Shown one piece after another: positions 41,412-55,144 of a stretch of 64,000 bases of DNA (position 1 is the first letter of the stretch; the number at the start of each line of letters is the position of its first letter). A model generated the notes under the pieces. That model saw nothing but the letters and a program-made list of their open reading frames with translations. It was not told where the DNA came from and did no database searches. The DNA comes from Octopus sinensis. Taxonomy: Eukaryota. The stretch is taken from NCBI RefSeq assembly GCF_006345805.1, contig NC_043001.1:7378001-7442000 (forward strand), in the 5' to 3' direction. The translations under genes and the position numbers were made by a program.

Positions 41412-42230
41412 CATCGATGCCTCCAACAAATGGGACCTGTGTCTGAACGTGTCAAAGTGATGTCATCTGCCTGTTGGCTCTCCTCCTGCAACTCAACTTG
41501 ATTTCGAGCCGGGTCGTCTGCTGCCGGAGAGGACCGATCAGGTAAAGGACCTGGGTATCTTGGTGGATTTCTCCTTTTCGCCTACCGCTCAGTGCGTCCA
41601 CGCTGCCAACAAAGCACGCGGAGTTCTGTTCTTGATTCGACAGTCATTCGGAATGCTCACAGCAACCATATTCCTACCGCTCTATGTCACGCAGGTGAGA
41701 CCCATATTGGAGTACGGGATTCAAGCCTCATCTCCTTATCTCCTCAAAGACATACAGCATCTCGAAAGAGTCCAGAAGCTGGCTACCTGCATGGTTCTTG
41801 GTCTCAAGAATTTGTCTTATGAAGAAAGGCTGAAGACGCTCGATCTTTATTCTCTAGAAAAACGACGACGCCGTGGAGATCTCATCCTTGCTCAAAACAT
41901 CATAAACGGAAAGTGTAACCTCTCGAAAGAGCTGTTCTTCACTCCTGCTCCAGAGGGTCGGCTGCGGGGTCATTCCGAAAAGCTCTATCTGAAACGATTT
42001 CATCTCAATCGAAGGAGAGGGGCTTTCTCCGTCCGGGTTGCGGATCCGTGGTATAAGCTGCCAGACGAGATGGTGAAGATACGGACGACCGCTCGGTTCA
42101 AAATATCCCTTGACCTCAAGTGGCCTGAACTCTTTACATGAACACCACCCTGTACATAACTCTATGTCCCCCTACATGGCCTTGATGCTTGCTTTTTGAG
42201 CCAAAAAATTTACTAACTAACTAACTAAAA
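41412..42230 (+). mobile_element. 5'-truncated CR1/L2-group LINE (RT C-terminus plus 3' tail)
   Basis: KWDLCLNVSK*C...KDLGILVD...AANKARGVL...LYVTQVRPILEYG...LERVQ...LSYEERLKTLDLYSLEKRRRRGDLI...FSVRV; (CTAA)n tail. Confidence 0.92.
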
Positions 42231-44324
42231 AACAAAATAAAACGATTTTGAATTGCCGGAAATCTGCCGCAATATATGTTTTTATTTCATCACTGTAGTT
42301 TATTCATTGTTGAGTCAAGTATTGTAATGGTGGTTTTTTACAATCTAGTTCTCACAAATCGTATAGTGGTATGGTCGTTATGACCATAGTTTTGCTTCAC
42401 TCTTTCACTCATTTTTGCAGCATTCTGACTGAGGAACTGTATTAGTTCTTACTTCTTGATTAATTCATGGGTTTCAATGTACTACACTCCTCACTTTCCC
42501 AGATTTATTTGAAATAGATGTAATTATTTAATTCCCAACAGCTTCAAAATATCTGCTAAGAAGCTTGATGCTCTAATCTCAGAAATAAGCCTCACATACA
42601 ACACATTCTCTTTACAACATAATCGTATTTATTATCTTTGGAAATACTGTTGTTGCTGTTTCTTTTTTTTTACTTGGAGATGAAGCATTTTGTATTGAAA
42701 TGACTACAATGTTAGGTTTTATATTATACACAGTAAAATTATATCAATATCTAATTATGAAAAAATCTGGATTAATAATTAATTGCTCAGTGTTTGTGCA
42801 TCGCCATATAGCTTCATCGGAATTTCAAAAATGAAGTACAATTCTATTGAGGAATCATTGCCAATTATATCTGTATAGACAAATGTTCTGGGGGTAAAGA
42901 AAAGAGTTTGAGATGCAGAAGACCCCCCGAAATCTGAATTAAGGATTTAAACAGACTGTATGTTTTTAATACTCATTATATACTTCATATATTTCCATTG
43001 TTTGAATTATGGGCAAAAATGAGGTACCATATATATCAGATTTCGTCAAACATTTCATTAAATCATTCCCCTCAACTCAGGCAAGACTACTGCTCCTGAT
43101 ACGTATAGGTTTTATTACGAAGAAGTGTATTACGGAAATCGGTTAGATGTTTTCATGAATCATACCAGCATATCAAATAAATATATAAAGCAACCTATTA
43201 ATCTGGTTGTTGACCTGCTATCAAACTGAACAATTTGCTTACATTTATCACTTAAAAAGACATCAATCACGAACTAATAAAACAAAAAACAAAACTTAAT
43301 TTCTTACACAAATAGTGCTGGATGTTTAATCATTTTGTTTCTACGTAATTAATTTCACCTTAAGCATATATAAATCAATGAGGTTTCTGATAAATGAGAG
43401 ATGCCGATAACATTATCGAATTTCAACACAGCTGCTTGTTTAAATCAAGATGGCACACTATGTATGATTACTCTAATAGGATATTTTAACTGCATTTACT
43501 TAGATAAACGTAACTATTTATTACACTGGGTAAAATATTGTAACATTTAAAATGGCGTTTGAAATGTAACAAATAAAGCACTTGATAAAGTCACATAATT
43601 TTATCAAAATGTATATCAATGTAATCTTAAAATCAACTCCCGAACCTATTCTACAAGGCATAAATGTATACATACAAGGGTACGCATTTGTATGTGTGTG
43701 TCCGTGTGTGTGTGATCGTGCATTTGATTTTTGGTTATCTATATATCGATGTGTATCTGAATGCACATGGCATACTGATTACAACGACGGGTTTATACTA
43801 TGAGAAAAACAGTTTGTGACAGATATTTTCCTTTCACGTTGCTTCATTGCTTTCAGCTGTTGAAAAAAGATACTACGTCCCAAGTATCAATCCGTATCGG
43901 ACTTTATCTTTCCCTTGGATACCATCGGTGGCGTGGAGTAGAGGGACTGATCAGCAAGAGCGACTTCCGCTCTCCTAAAACAATCGCGCCCGGATCCCTG
44001 CCTCGAAGGGGAAATTTCAGGGTCCAGTCCCAGCCAGCACGTGACCGAATTATGTCGTTAAATATAAGTACACGCACACATACACACACACACTACATGC
44101 TTTGACCTTTTTCCCCTTCACACACCATTTAAACTTTCATTCGAACGATCGAAATTGACTTAATTTGTTCTTTTTTTTCCTATTTATTTTCTTATTTCAC
44201 ATTTTTCACTTACTGTTGGTGCTTTTTCCTTCTGTTGAATACTTGAGTGTGAAAGACCATTTCGAAAATGTGGCACCTTAAATATGTATGTGTGCATATA
44301 TATATAGATATATAGATATATGCA

Positions 44325-44467
<143 letters not shown>

Positions 44468-44662
44468 GCCAAACATGAACAAAGAAAAAACACAACGACG
44501 CGAGTACGTGGAACAAGTATAGTGTTATTGGACTCTCAGCAAAGGAAAGAAAGACAGAAAGAGGATTTAACGTCTCGAGCGAAGCTCTTTGCCAGAAATA
44601 TATAAAAAAGAAAAGTCTAAGGAAGGGAAGACGGAGAAAGAAAATTACCAACGATATAAACG

Positions 44663-44709
<47 letters not shown>

Positions 44710-46022
44710 AATACTTGCATGCATTTGCATGCGTACACTCGGGTAATTCTAAGAAGCAGTGAGATTTTGAATCCAATTTTATCATTTCATGTTTTCAGAG
44801 GATTCGGTCTACAATTGAATGGGTGTGTTCCAGGCTTCCTTTGTTCTATTAGCAACATTTTATCATTCACCTTGACTGCGATGCATTAGGCTCCGATGAA
44901 AATGAATTATTCTTGAACGTAACGAAAGTAGAAAGTATCGTTGTGTCTCTTAGAAAATCTATTTGGAAGAACCTGCGTTTCCTCAATTTATGAACAACAT
45001 TGCACTTACATTTGCCAATAGTGTACACTTACGAAATGGTGCTGAAGAGATTTAGGTTTTTGCAAAAGAATATAAAGAAGGATCATTTAATTATGATTTG
45101 TTCTTGAATATAATTTCCTTCTATATTCAAACACTTATTGCTGCGGTCCTTCAATTTTTCTAAGACATTTGAACGAAAACGCAGTACAGCTAAACGGAGT
45201 ATTTGGAACTCTATAATGCTTCTCTAGCATATATTTAAGCGTAAGTGAAGAATAAGATGGCAAAGAATTTTGAGAGATTAACATCGTGCTTAGATCTCTC
45301 TCAAATAGGAAAGAAATATCAGAACGAACATCATCGTAATTAAATTTTCCTTGTTCACCTTATACAAGTACATAATGACAATTGAACATGACCAAGGAAT
45401 TTAAAGTGTCATAATGATCCTGGAAAATTGCTCCCAAGGTAATTTTTGCCAGGAAGTGAGGAACATTACGGAGCTCTTTTGGTGTTCCCGCAGTTCCTTC
45501 AGGGCTAGCAGGGACGAACAAAGTTTAGAGCTTCTCTCGCTTTCTCCTCAGACTTTACATCTTAATGCATGCAATAATCTAATGCACTGATATGGATGGC
45601 ATTCTTCAAACGACACGGAAATTGTTTCCCATAATTGACACTTGATTCAACGATGACTCAAGTACACCAACTTTTGACCTCTTTTGGTATGAAAGAGAGG
45701 TGATTGAACTTTCTTATAAAGTAAACCGAGCGCACTACAACGCTATATATATATGTGTGTGTTTGCTTTTGCACGTGTATGTATATGTATGATTTATGTA
45801 TATGCAAGTGTGTGTATATATATGTGTGTGTGTGTGTTTGTATGCAAGTTGTCGTAACATATATACACATTTTGTGTAGCTGATGACGTTCCATTTCTTT
45901 CAGAGTTCTTACATCAGTAATGAAGGGAATCTGTCTAAGCACTGAAGGAAGAAAATTTAGTTTGACGTGTAACATTGCAACAACGATAATAATAACAACA
46001 ATAACAAAGATAACAATAATAA

Positions 46023-46435
46023 TCATTTCTACTGAAGGCACAAGGCCTTAAATTTAAGGGTAATGGACCAGTTGATGATATACTTATTTTACCGACCCCC
46101 AAAGGATGAAAGGCAAAGTCAATCTCGGGGAAATTGGAACTCAAAATGTAGCGACTGGCGAAATACCTATTTCTTTACTGCCCACAAGGGGCTACACACA
46201 GAGGGGACAAACAATCACAGACAAACGGATTAAGTCGATTACATCGACCCCAGTGCGCAACTGGTACTTATCCGAAAGGACGAATAGCAAAGTCGACTTC
46301 GGCTGAATTTGAACTCAGAACGTAACGGCAGACGAAATACGGCTAAGCATTTCGTCCAGCTTGCTAACGATTCTGCCAGCTCGCCTCCATAACAACAACA
46401 ACAACAACGACAACGATAATAATAATAATAATAAC

Positions 46436-46517
<82 letters not shown>

Positions 46518-46521
46518 TTTA

Positions 46522-46552
<31 letters not shown>

Positions 46553-46557
46553 TAATA

Positions 46558-46594
<37 letters not shown>

Positions 46595-47048
46595 CCTTTC
46601 TGATATAAGTATAAGGCGTGAAATGTTGGGGTATGGGATTATCCGATAATGTAGACCCTAGTTCGCAATTGGTGCTTAATTTATGGACCCTGAAAGGATG
46701 AAAGGCAAAGTCGACATTGGTTGAATTGGAACGATAACGTAGTGCCAGACGAAATGTCGCTAAGCATTTCGTCCGGCCAAATAACAATTCTGCCAGCTCA
46801 CACAAAAGAAAGATAAAAAACAATGATAATAATCCTTTCTGTTATAGGTACAAGGCCTGGAATTTCAGTGGTGGGGATGGGTGGATTATATATTGATCCT
46901 ACTGTTTTACTGGTACATAATTTATCGACCTCGAAAGGATGAAAGAAAAAATCGACCTCGATGAAATTTGAACTCAGATCGTAGCGACTGGTGAAATACC
47001 GGTAAGCATTTCGTCAAGCGTGCTAACGATTCTACCAGCTCACCGCCC

Positions 47049-47079
<31 letters not shown>

Positions 47080-47120
47080 AATAATAATAATCCTTTCTAT
47101 TATAGACACAAGTCCTGAAA
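46023..47120 (-). mobile_element. Cluster of SINE family A copies (standard and alternative-tail variants) separated by (AAT)n/(AAC)n
   Basis: Cores at ~46100, ~46270, ~46695 and ~46935. Variant tails TCCTTTCT...TATAGGCACAAGGCCT are followed by (AAT)n, including the ~200-bp run at 46390-46592. Confidence 0.85.
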
Positions 47121-48285
47121 TTGTGTGTTGTGTTCTTTTTCTTTCTTGAAAACATCGCATATACATTTCCGATCTCGAATCGTTTTCTATAAGCAACTGG
47201 ATAAAATATTTACCTATATCTAAACATGAAACGGATTCGTCAAAAAACTTTGAGGTAGGTATTTTAGTTGATAATACCTTTCAACGTGTAAGCAATTCAA
47301 ACTTTACTATCGAAACAGCAAAGCCATGTGTTCCACATTCTTTACATCGTGTGACTAATGTAGACTTCATTTAAGCTAACGTAATACAGTTGTATATACT
47401 GAAAGCTCTCTATCTATTTAGTTATATTGTTAATACCCAGAACGGGAAAATTAGATTAAAAGCGCAAAAACATATGGCCTTTTAAAATTCCTTAAATGTC
47501 AGTTTATGGCGATCTCATTAAAACAAATCCGTTTCTGCTTTCTCAGGCGTATCTAAAGTCATCACCCTTTGAAGGTTAATCGATCGTCTTTAACTGACAA
47601 AATGCTTAGATGAAATACACGTGACTACGGAATTTAAATACTTATATGTGATATAATTTCCGAAGCCAAGTTGCACAAACACCTATGCACACATTATTGA
47701 GTCACTACATTTATTTGACCGTTCCGTGAATCGTTATATGAAGTGCACGTTTATATGTTGCACTATATTGAATTACATTTGAAAGATTTACTAATATAAA
47801 AACAGATATGTATTTCCTTTAATGTAAAGTTATAGGCACGTAAAACGAACGTAGGAGTGTGATCAACTTGCTTCTCTCACGAAATAAAAATTAGATTTAA
47901 AACTACCTTTTAACACTTGCGTTACTGCATAAAACAACATGACAGTTCTTCATATTATCCTCCTCCTCCTCCTCCTCCTTTCTCTCTCTCTCTGAAGAAG
48001 CTCGTTGAGATAGATTTCTTGAGTCATTCTCTAGAAATATAAATAATATAAAAAGGAAAAAAGTTTCTTGTCATTTGAACTACTTTTGCATCTATCGGTA
48101 TCGATCTGAGAGTAGATTAATTTGTGATATGAGTTCCCAATCATTGCTGGAAAATCTCACAATTAATATACACCGATACACACAAACAGAGAGGCACATA
48201 GGTGTGTGCGCAAGCAAGAAAAATACCAGCACCCATACACACACTTAAATAAAGAAACATGGCGTGAAATATTTCATCTTTAATC

Positions 48286-48505
48286 TCTCTTACTCTTTAC
48301 TCTTTACTCTTTTACTTGTTTCAGTCTTTTTACTGCGGCCATGCTGGAGCACCGCCTTTAATCGAGCAACTCGACCCCGGGACTTATTCTATTGTAAGCC
48401 CAGTTCTTATTCTATCGGGCTCTTTTGCCGAACCGCTAAGTAACGGGGACATAAACACACCAGCATCGGTTGTCATGCAATGCTAGTGGGACAAACACAG
48501 ACACA

Positions 48506-48587
<82 letters not shown>

Positions 48588-48752
48588 TACGACAGGCTTC
48601 TTTCAGTTTCCGTCTACCAAATCCACTCACAAGGCATTGGTCGACCCGACGGGGCTATAGCAGAAGACACTTGCCCAAGATGCCACGCAGTGGGACTGAA
48701 CCCGGAACCATGTGGTTGGTTAGCAAGCTACTTACCACACAGCCACTCCTGC
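48286..48752 (-). mobile_element. SINE family B, full length
   Basis: Near-identical to 22449-22901. Confidence 0.9.
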
Positions 48753-50030
48753 GGCGCCTGATAATATATTTTGAAATGTCTCTCAGATATTTACTTGTAT
48801 AATCTTTATTTTGTCCACACGTATTTCAGATGATAGAAATCGCAAAAAGTCATCCATATTAGCACTTCGTCTTCCGATGTAATGTTGCGCCTCATTACGT
48901 CCGTTGGAAGTAGATTAGTAGAAATTCTAACGCATTGATCAAACTATTTTGTGTTATCTTTTCTGATTCAAAATCTGTGTCCAAATACGTAACGTTTCGC
49001 CTTTACTCATTTTCTTATCGATTAGAGTGGGAACCTACTTGGGAATGATATATATTAATGAAGCTTTATTCGATTATGTAATATATTGTTTCGATGCCAA
49101 GATTTGAAGTCAGATGAAGTAATAGTCGTGCTGTAAGTCTTTATATAAATCATGTTATTCCCTTCCAAATACACAAACGTAAGTTAATGCAATATTAAGT
49201 GCTTACAAACGACTGCATAAAAATCACTCCTGTCCACAAAGGACTACATACGAACGGCACGTGTCTGCTCTCCCAGCAGACAGATTAAACTTGGCGTGCC
49301 TTGAATATAACTAAATATGTTCGCTCAACCATGTCGGTCCTCTTTTTAGGCGCAAAATATACTGTTACGTGACTCCAACGCAAGAATGTAGAGGGAAAAA
49401 TACAGACGGCTATAAACTTAATCATGAGATTATTCTCTGCAAAAGTTTCACAGAAAACATTTAGAACATTGATTGTTTGTACTTGTTCAGTCAACTGTGT
49501 CAGCCTTAACTTACGACGCCAAAAGTTGTCACCTGATACTAACACACGGACGTAGCCGGGAACCAGTCATGTGACTATCCTCTACCTATTCAAATTATAC
49601 TAATTTAAACCATGAACATCCTATAAAAACAGAACAAACTTCAAAAGCAAGATAGCTGCGACATAAGCCACGTCTTTTTATTAGCAAATAAATCAGTGTA
49701 AACTGTGAAACCGATGAAAGATTAAAAAAAACTATGGAATAGTAGCGTGTGTGTGCATGTGTGTATATGTTTGTGCGTGCTTGCGACCAAATTGTACATA
49801 TATGTGTATAGTCTATATTTGTGGGCGTATGTTATCTTTGTCTATATGTGTTGCTTGTGTATATATATATATATATATATATATCGTCTGTGTGCAGGTA
49901 TTATGTGTGTGCGTGTATATATTATATTATATTGTGTGGGTATATATGTCTGTGTATATATTTTCTGTGTTCAAGTATTATATGGATATATAAGTCTCAA
50001 ATATTTTCATATAGTTTTATATCTCTGTGA

Positions 50031-50145
50031 AATTAACGCGCAAGTGGCTGAGCACTCCACAAACACGTGTAGTCTTAACGTAGTTCTCGGAGATATTCAG
50101 CGTGAAACAGAGTGTGACAAGGCTGGCCTTTGAAATATTGGTACA
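50031..50145 (-). mobile_element. SINE family C internal fragment
   Basis: GAAATTAACGCGCAAGTGGCTGAGCACTCCACA...CTTAACGTAGTTCTCGG. Confidence 0.8.
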
Positions 50146-50574
50146 ATACGTACGACAATAGTTAAGTCTTTAAATGATAATGCTTTTATAGAGAAAGGTT
50201 TTACTGCAAAAACATGGTAAGTTTTCGTATAAAAAAAATATTTACTGAATAAATGGCAGAACAAGCTTTGGAAGATGTATTACAGGCAAAGTAAGATCAT
50301 ATTTAATTATCACCTTTACATTATTCTCTCTCAGCTTCTGAAAGTTTAAAAATGTACAATGCAATTTTTAGGATTCTTTGAACTTGTCAACTCCCTGAAA
50401 TCATACGCGCTCCCGCTTGAACGGTCACGCGTATCATGCTTCATGCGCGGGGGTCTCATTGTGTGTGTGTTTGGGCTTGTGCGTGCGTGTGCGTCTGTGT
50501 ATATGTATATATGTATTTAATTACGTATCTATTTCATTATATATAGAGAAAGAGGGAGAGACAGATAGACAAAC

Positions 50575-50619
<45 letters not shown>

Positions 50620-50622
<3 letters not shown>

Positions 50623-50752
50623 ATTGATAGATAGATATAGATATATAGATAGAAAGGTAGATAGACAAACAGATACGTAGGTAGATAGATAAATAAATCG
50701 ATAGATAGATAGATAGATAGATAGATATATAGATAGATAGATAGATAGATAT

Positions 50753-50815
<63 letters not shown>
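50620..50815. repeat. (GATA)n microsatellite
   Basis: Seen directly. Confidence 0.95.
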
Positions 50816-50816
<1 letters not shown>

Positions 50817-51174
50817 GAAGCTATATATAGAACGGAGACAGAATGAGATGCAATGATGAAGTCTGAGATAATGAGCGGTTAATCATAAATGCGCTGTAAA
50901 ATTAGAACGTATAATTAAGTTTAATTTATTTGAATTTCGCTTATCAAATCATCATACACACTCTTAATTGAAGATTGTATCTTCATATTGATATTCATAT
51001 GCCGTATTCATTTTATAAGAATCGTAGGTATTTATCACATCTGGAATTTGCTTTCTAATACTGTGGTATAGAATCATTTAATTATTGCTTTGCGTAGCAC
51101 TCAAAATCTGTCCTTATAAGTCACACAAAATAAAGGTGCTCAACAGAGTCAAATAAGGAAGTAATGCTGGAAAA

Positions 51175-52124
51175 AGGCAGAGTGGATGTGTGGTAAGTAG
51201 CTTGCATAGCAACCACATGGGTCCGTGTTCATTCCCACTGCATGGCACCTTGGGAAGTGTTGTCTACTATAGCCTCGGGCCGACCGAAGCCTTGTCAGTG
51301 GATTTGGTACACGGAAACTGAAAGAAGCCCGTCGAGACCTGGGTGGTGTAATTGTTGATGACGATCTCAGTTGGAGTGCACACATCAACAAGAAGGTCGA
51401 TATAGCTCGTAGGATGAGTTCCTGGATCTTAAGAACTTTCCGGTCCAGAGAACAAGGTGTCATCATACCACTTTTTTCATCCTTTGTACGGCCACACCTT
51501 GAATACTGCTGCCCACTGTGGTCTCCTCACACAAGACAAAACATCTCCAGAATTCAGTCACCCCAGAGGGCACTCACTAAACAAATTGAAGGCATGGCTG
51601 CTCTCGATTATTGGGATCGCCTTAAAGCCTTGAAACTTTACTCCCTCCAGCGTCACCGTGAGCGGTACATAATTTGTACGATGTGGAAAATATACCGCCA
51701 ACTTTGCCCAAACGACCTAAACATTAGCTTCAAGGTTCATCCAAGACTTGGACCACGGGCTATACGTCCCCTGCCCAATTCAAGATCACAACATACATGT
51801 GCACTGCAACATAATTTCTTTTCCTCAACAGGCCCTGCCCTATTTAACATTGTCCCGAGGGAGATCAAAGAGGAAAAGGATCCCATCAACTTTAAACAGA
51901 GTCTGGATAGATTCCTTCAAAGAATACCAGATAAGCCACCCATAATTGGATACAACTCACCCAACAAGAACTCAATACTTGAACAAAACTTCACTTAAAC
52001 AGGATTCGAATAATTCTATCAGGTGGTGCTATTAAGTTAGACATGGCCTGGACCAATCTTTGGTCGAAACATATCTAAGTTTATCTAAGTTTATACACGA
52101 CGGGCTTCTTTCAGCTTATATATA

Positions 52125-52156
<32 letters not shown>

Positions 52157-52383
52157 GCATGTTTGTATATGTTTATGTTTTTGTCCCTCCAACATCGCTT
52201 GACAACCGATGCTTGTGTGTTTACGTCCCCGTAATTTAGCGGTTCGGCCTAAGAGACCGATAGAATAAGTACTAGGCTTACAAAGAATAAGTCCTGGCGG
52301 TCGATTTGGACGATTAAAGGCGGTGATCCAGCATGGCCACAGTCAATTGACTGAAACGAGTAAAAAAGTAAAAGATTAAAAAG
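51175..52383 (+). mobile_element. SINE family B split by a LINE insertion
   Basis: Head at 51175-51334; remainder at 52117-52383. Confidence 0.85.
51335..52092 (+). mobile_element. 5'-truncated CR1-group LINE (RT C-terminus plus 3' tail)
   Basis: DLGGVIVDDDLSWSAHI...FVRPHLEYCCPLWSP...DYWDRLKALKLYSLQRHRERY...FKQSLDRFLQRIPDKP; tail (TTATCTAAGT)2. Confidence 0.92.
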
Positions 52384-52723
52384 TATGTGTAATGAGACTG
52401 AAGGTCTTTGCTTAAACGTATCTGATGATTAAAGGATGTATTATAGACGCATTCTGTAAAAGACGCCCTATGGTTGATTAGCAGCATTTCGTCAGTCTGT
52501 GTGTAGTCTGTATTCTACTGAGATCCACTTTGCCTTTCAACCCCACTCGGTCGATAAATGAAATACCAGTTGATCAATGGCTTCGATGTAATCGAGTAAC
52601 CCATTCCTATAAATTGCTGGCCTTGTGCCGACATTCGAAATCGATATATAACGTAATATTCAACAAGAGAACAACTGATTTTTAGTCGTATCGGTTTTAA
52701 CCAATATATATATATATAAGTGT

Positions 52724-52992
52724 GGAGGCGCAATGGCCCGGTGGTTAGGGCAGCGGACTTATTGTCGGAGGATCGTGTTTCATGAGGATCGCGTTGTGTG
52801 TGGTTATTGGGCGAAAACACCCAAAGCTCCACGAGGCTCCAGCACGGGTGGTGGTAACACCTGTTATACTCTTTCGACCCAACTTTCTCTCACTCTTTCT
52901 TCCTGTTTCACAGGACACATACACAATAGAAACCGGAATACCGGGCCCATGAGCCTGGTTAGGCTTGAAAAAGGCACATAAATAAAAAAAAT
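52724..52992 (+). mobile_element. SINE family C head with alternative tail 1
   Basis: Family C head and body to AACTTTCTCTCACTC, then AGAAACCGGAATACCGGGCCCATGAGCCTGGTTAGGCTT...poly(A). Confidence 0.8.
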
Positions 52993-53890
52993 TCACGCGA
53001 GAATGACACGGATACTGTTTTAAAACATAACTTGAAATAATATTCCATGCAAGTTTGGAATGGTTGAACTCATAATTATTTTAATTTCTGTTATCACCCT
53101 TCAGGTTTGAAATTTACACGAAATCCTTGGAATCTGTTTCCTAGTGACTGTTACATGAACATTTGAATTTTAGGACAAAATACTTTTCCCTTCTATCTCC
53201 TTAACAAAGTAGATTAACATGTGTCATCGATCATCTAATAACGTTACTAGGAAGTCAGAGGTTGAGCAGAACAAATTCTATTGACAATTTTCTTTGTAGT
53301 GCCGTTGGATTTGAATAAAAATTAATGAAATAAATAAGTTCAATCTTATTTTAAAAGGTGTAAATAAATAATTCGAGTTAAGCCGAAAATATATTATTTC
53401 CAATCGCACTATGAAAACAGATTACTGTTTTTTTTTTATTTATTTCATTGTAATTGGTACATTGTCAAAAGAATAGAAAATTCGGTGTAACGTATTGAAG
53501 GAAACTTGGTAAAATTCCATATTTAAGTAATTCAAATGTTTCCAAACCTCTGTTTAGTCTACGTCTAAGTTTTTTGAAATGTCAGTAAGTGTATTAAAGA
53601 TTTTCAAGATCTTTCTTTTGTACAGAAAGTTTATGATAATAGAATAAAATTGAAATTTTTTGTAAGAGGAACAATAATATCTTTGAATGTAAACAGTTAC
53701 ACAGGTTGAATCAGTTACGATTGAAAACAGTTACCCAAGTTGCTTTGCTGCACTTCTGATTGGATTCTCGATAGATATTAATAAACACTGATCTGCGACG
53801 GAAAGAAATTCAATAAAAAATGTTCAAGTGTTTACTGGAGAACATTTCATATCCGTAATATATATATATATATATAAATATATATATATA

Positions 53891-54201
53891 TCACCGTGAT
53901 CACCATGACCGACCAGGCTATCAGATGTTGCTACACATCTCTGGTCACAATGTGCTTCGCATTGTTTTAGCCTTGAAATGACGCCACCCCGCTGGCAAAG
54001 CAAGCAGGCCAACAGAAGAAAGGTTGAGAGAAACTTATGGCGAAAGAGTACAGCAGGGATCGCCACCACTCTCTGCTGGAACAACGTTGGGCTTTAGGTG
54101 TTTTCGCTCAATAAACACTCACAACGCCTGGTCTGGGAATCAAAACCGCGATCCTACAAACGCGAGTCCGCTGCCCTAACCATTGGGCCATTGCGACCTC
54201 C
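53891..54201 (-). mobile_element. SINE family C head with alternative tail 2
   Basis: Family C head, then GGCCTGCTTGC...GCGAAGCACATTGTGACCAG...GGTGATCACGGTGA, ending at (TA)n. Confidence 0.8.
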
Positions 54202-54387
54202 ACACGCACACACGCACACACACACATATATATATATATATATACATATTTACATATATATATATATATACATACATACATATATATATATACATATATA
54301 TATATATAAATATATATCTATTTGTTTTGCACACCACTAGTCTTCGTCTTTTGTTTTTTCGTAAACATTCCCTATATATATATATAT

Positions 54388-54421
<34 letters not shown>

Positions 54422-54913
54422 ATACATACATATAACCACCTAGAGCATTTATTTCCATTAAAATTATACCCCGAAGGAATGTTACTTGGAATTAATCAGC
54501 AAAAAACAAGATGTTCTGAGAAAGATCCAGGTGATCAGTATCTTGGAATTACGAGTTTATGTATTAGTACGTGCGAACAATTTCTGCAATAGAATCAGGA
54601 ACGAGACCTTGATTTGTCGCGGAATTTAGCAACTCGTGTAGATCTGCATAGAATGGAAGATAGATGACCGACGGCAAGTAGGTTCTGGTCTGCGAGAGTA
54701 CTGTAATCAGTCCCGTTGCTTTTCATGCTAGTCTTCTCTTGAATGCGGCACTCCCCTTGGAAACAGACTTAACGATTTCGTGTAAATTTCAAACCTGAAG
54801 GTTGATAACAGAAACTAAAGTATTTATGAGTTTAACCTTTCCAGTCTTGCATGGAATTCGACTTCAAGTTATGATATAAAAGAATATCCGTGTCATTCTC
54901 GGAAGAAAATACC

Positions 54914-55144
54914 TATTTCTTTACTGCCCACAAGGGGCTAAACACAGAGGGGACAAACAAGGTCAAACAAACGGATTAAGTTGATTACATCGAACCCAGT
55001 GCGTAACTGGTACTTATTTAATCGACCCGGAAAGGATGAAAGGCGAAATCGACCTCGGCGAAATTTGAACTCAGAACTTAGCGGCAGACGAAATACCGGT
55101 ATGCATTTTGCCCGACGTGCTAACGTTTCTGCCAGCTCGCCACC
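54914..55144 (-). mobile_element. SINE family A
   Basis: Consensus match; TSD CGGA(A/T)GAAAATACC at 54900 and 55148. Confidence 0.9.

Noticed and set aside
45300-45660. Possible RTE RT remnant (PGKLL..VIF, SFRASR)
   Set aside because: Too degraded to call by eye.
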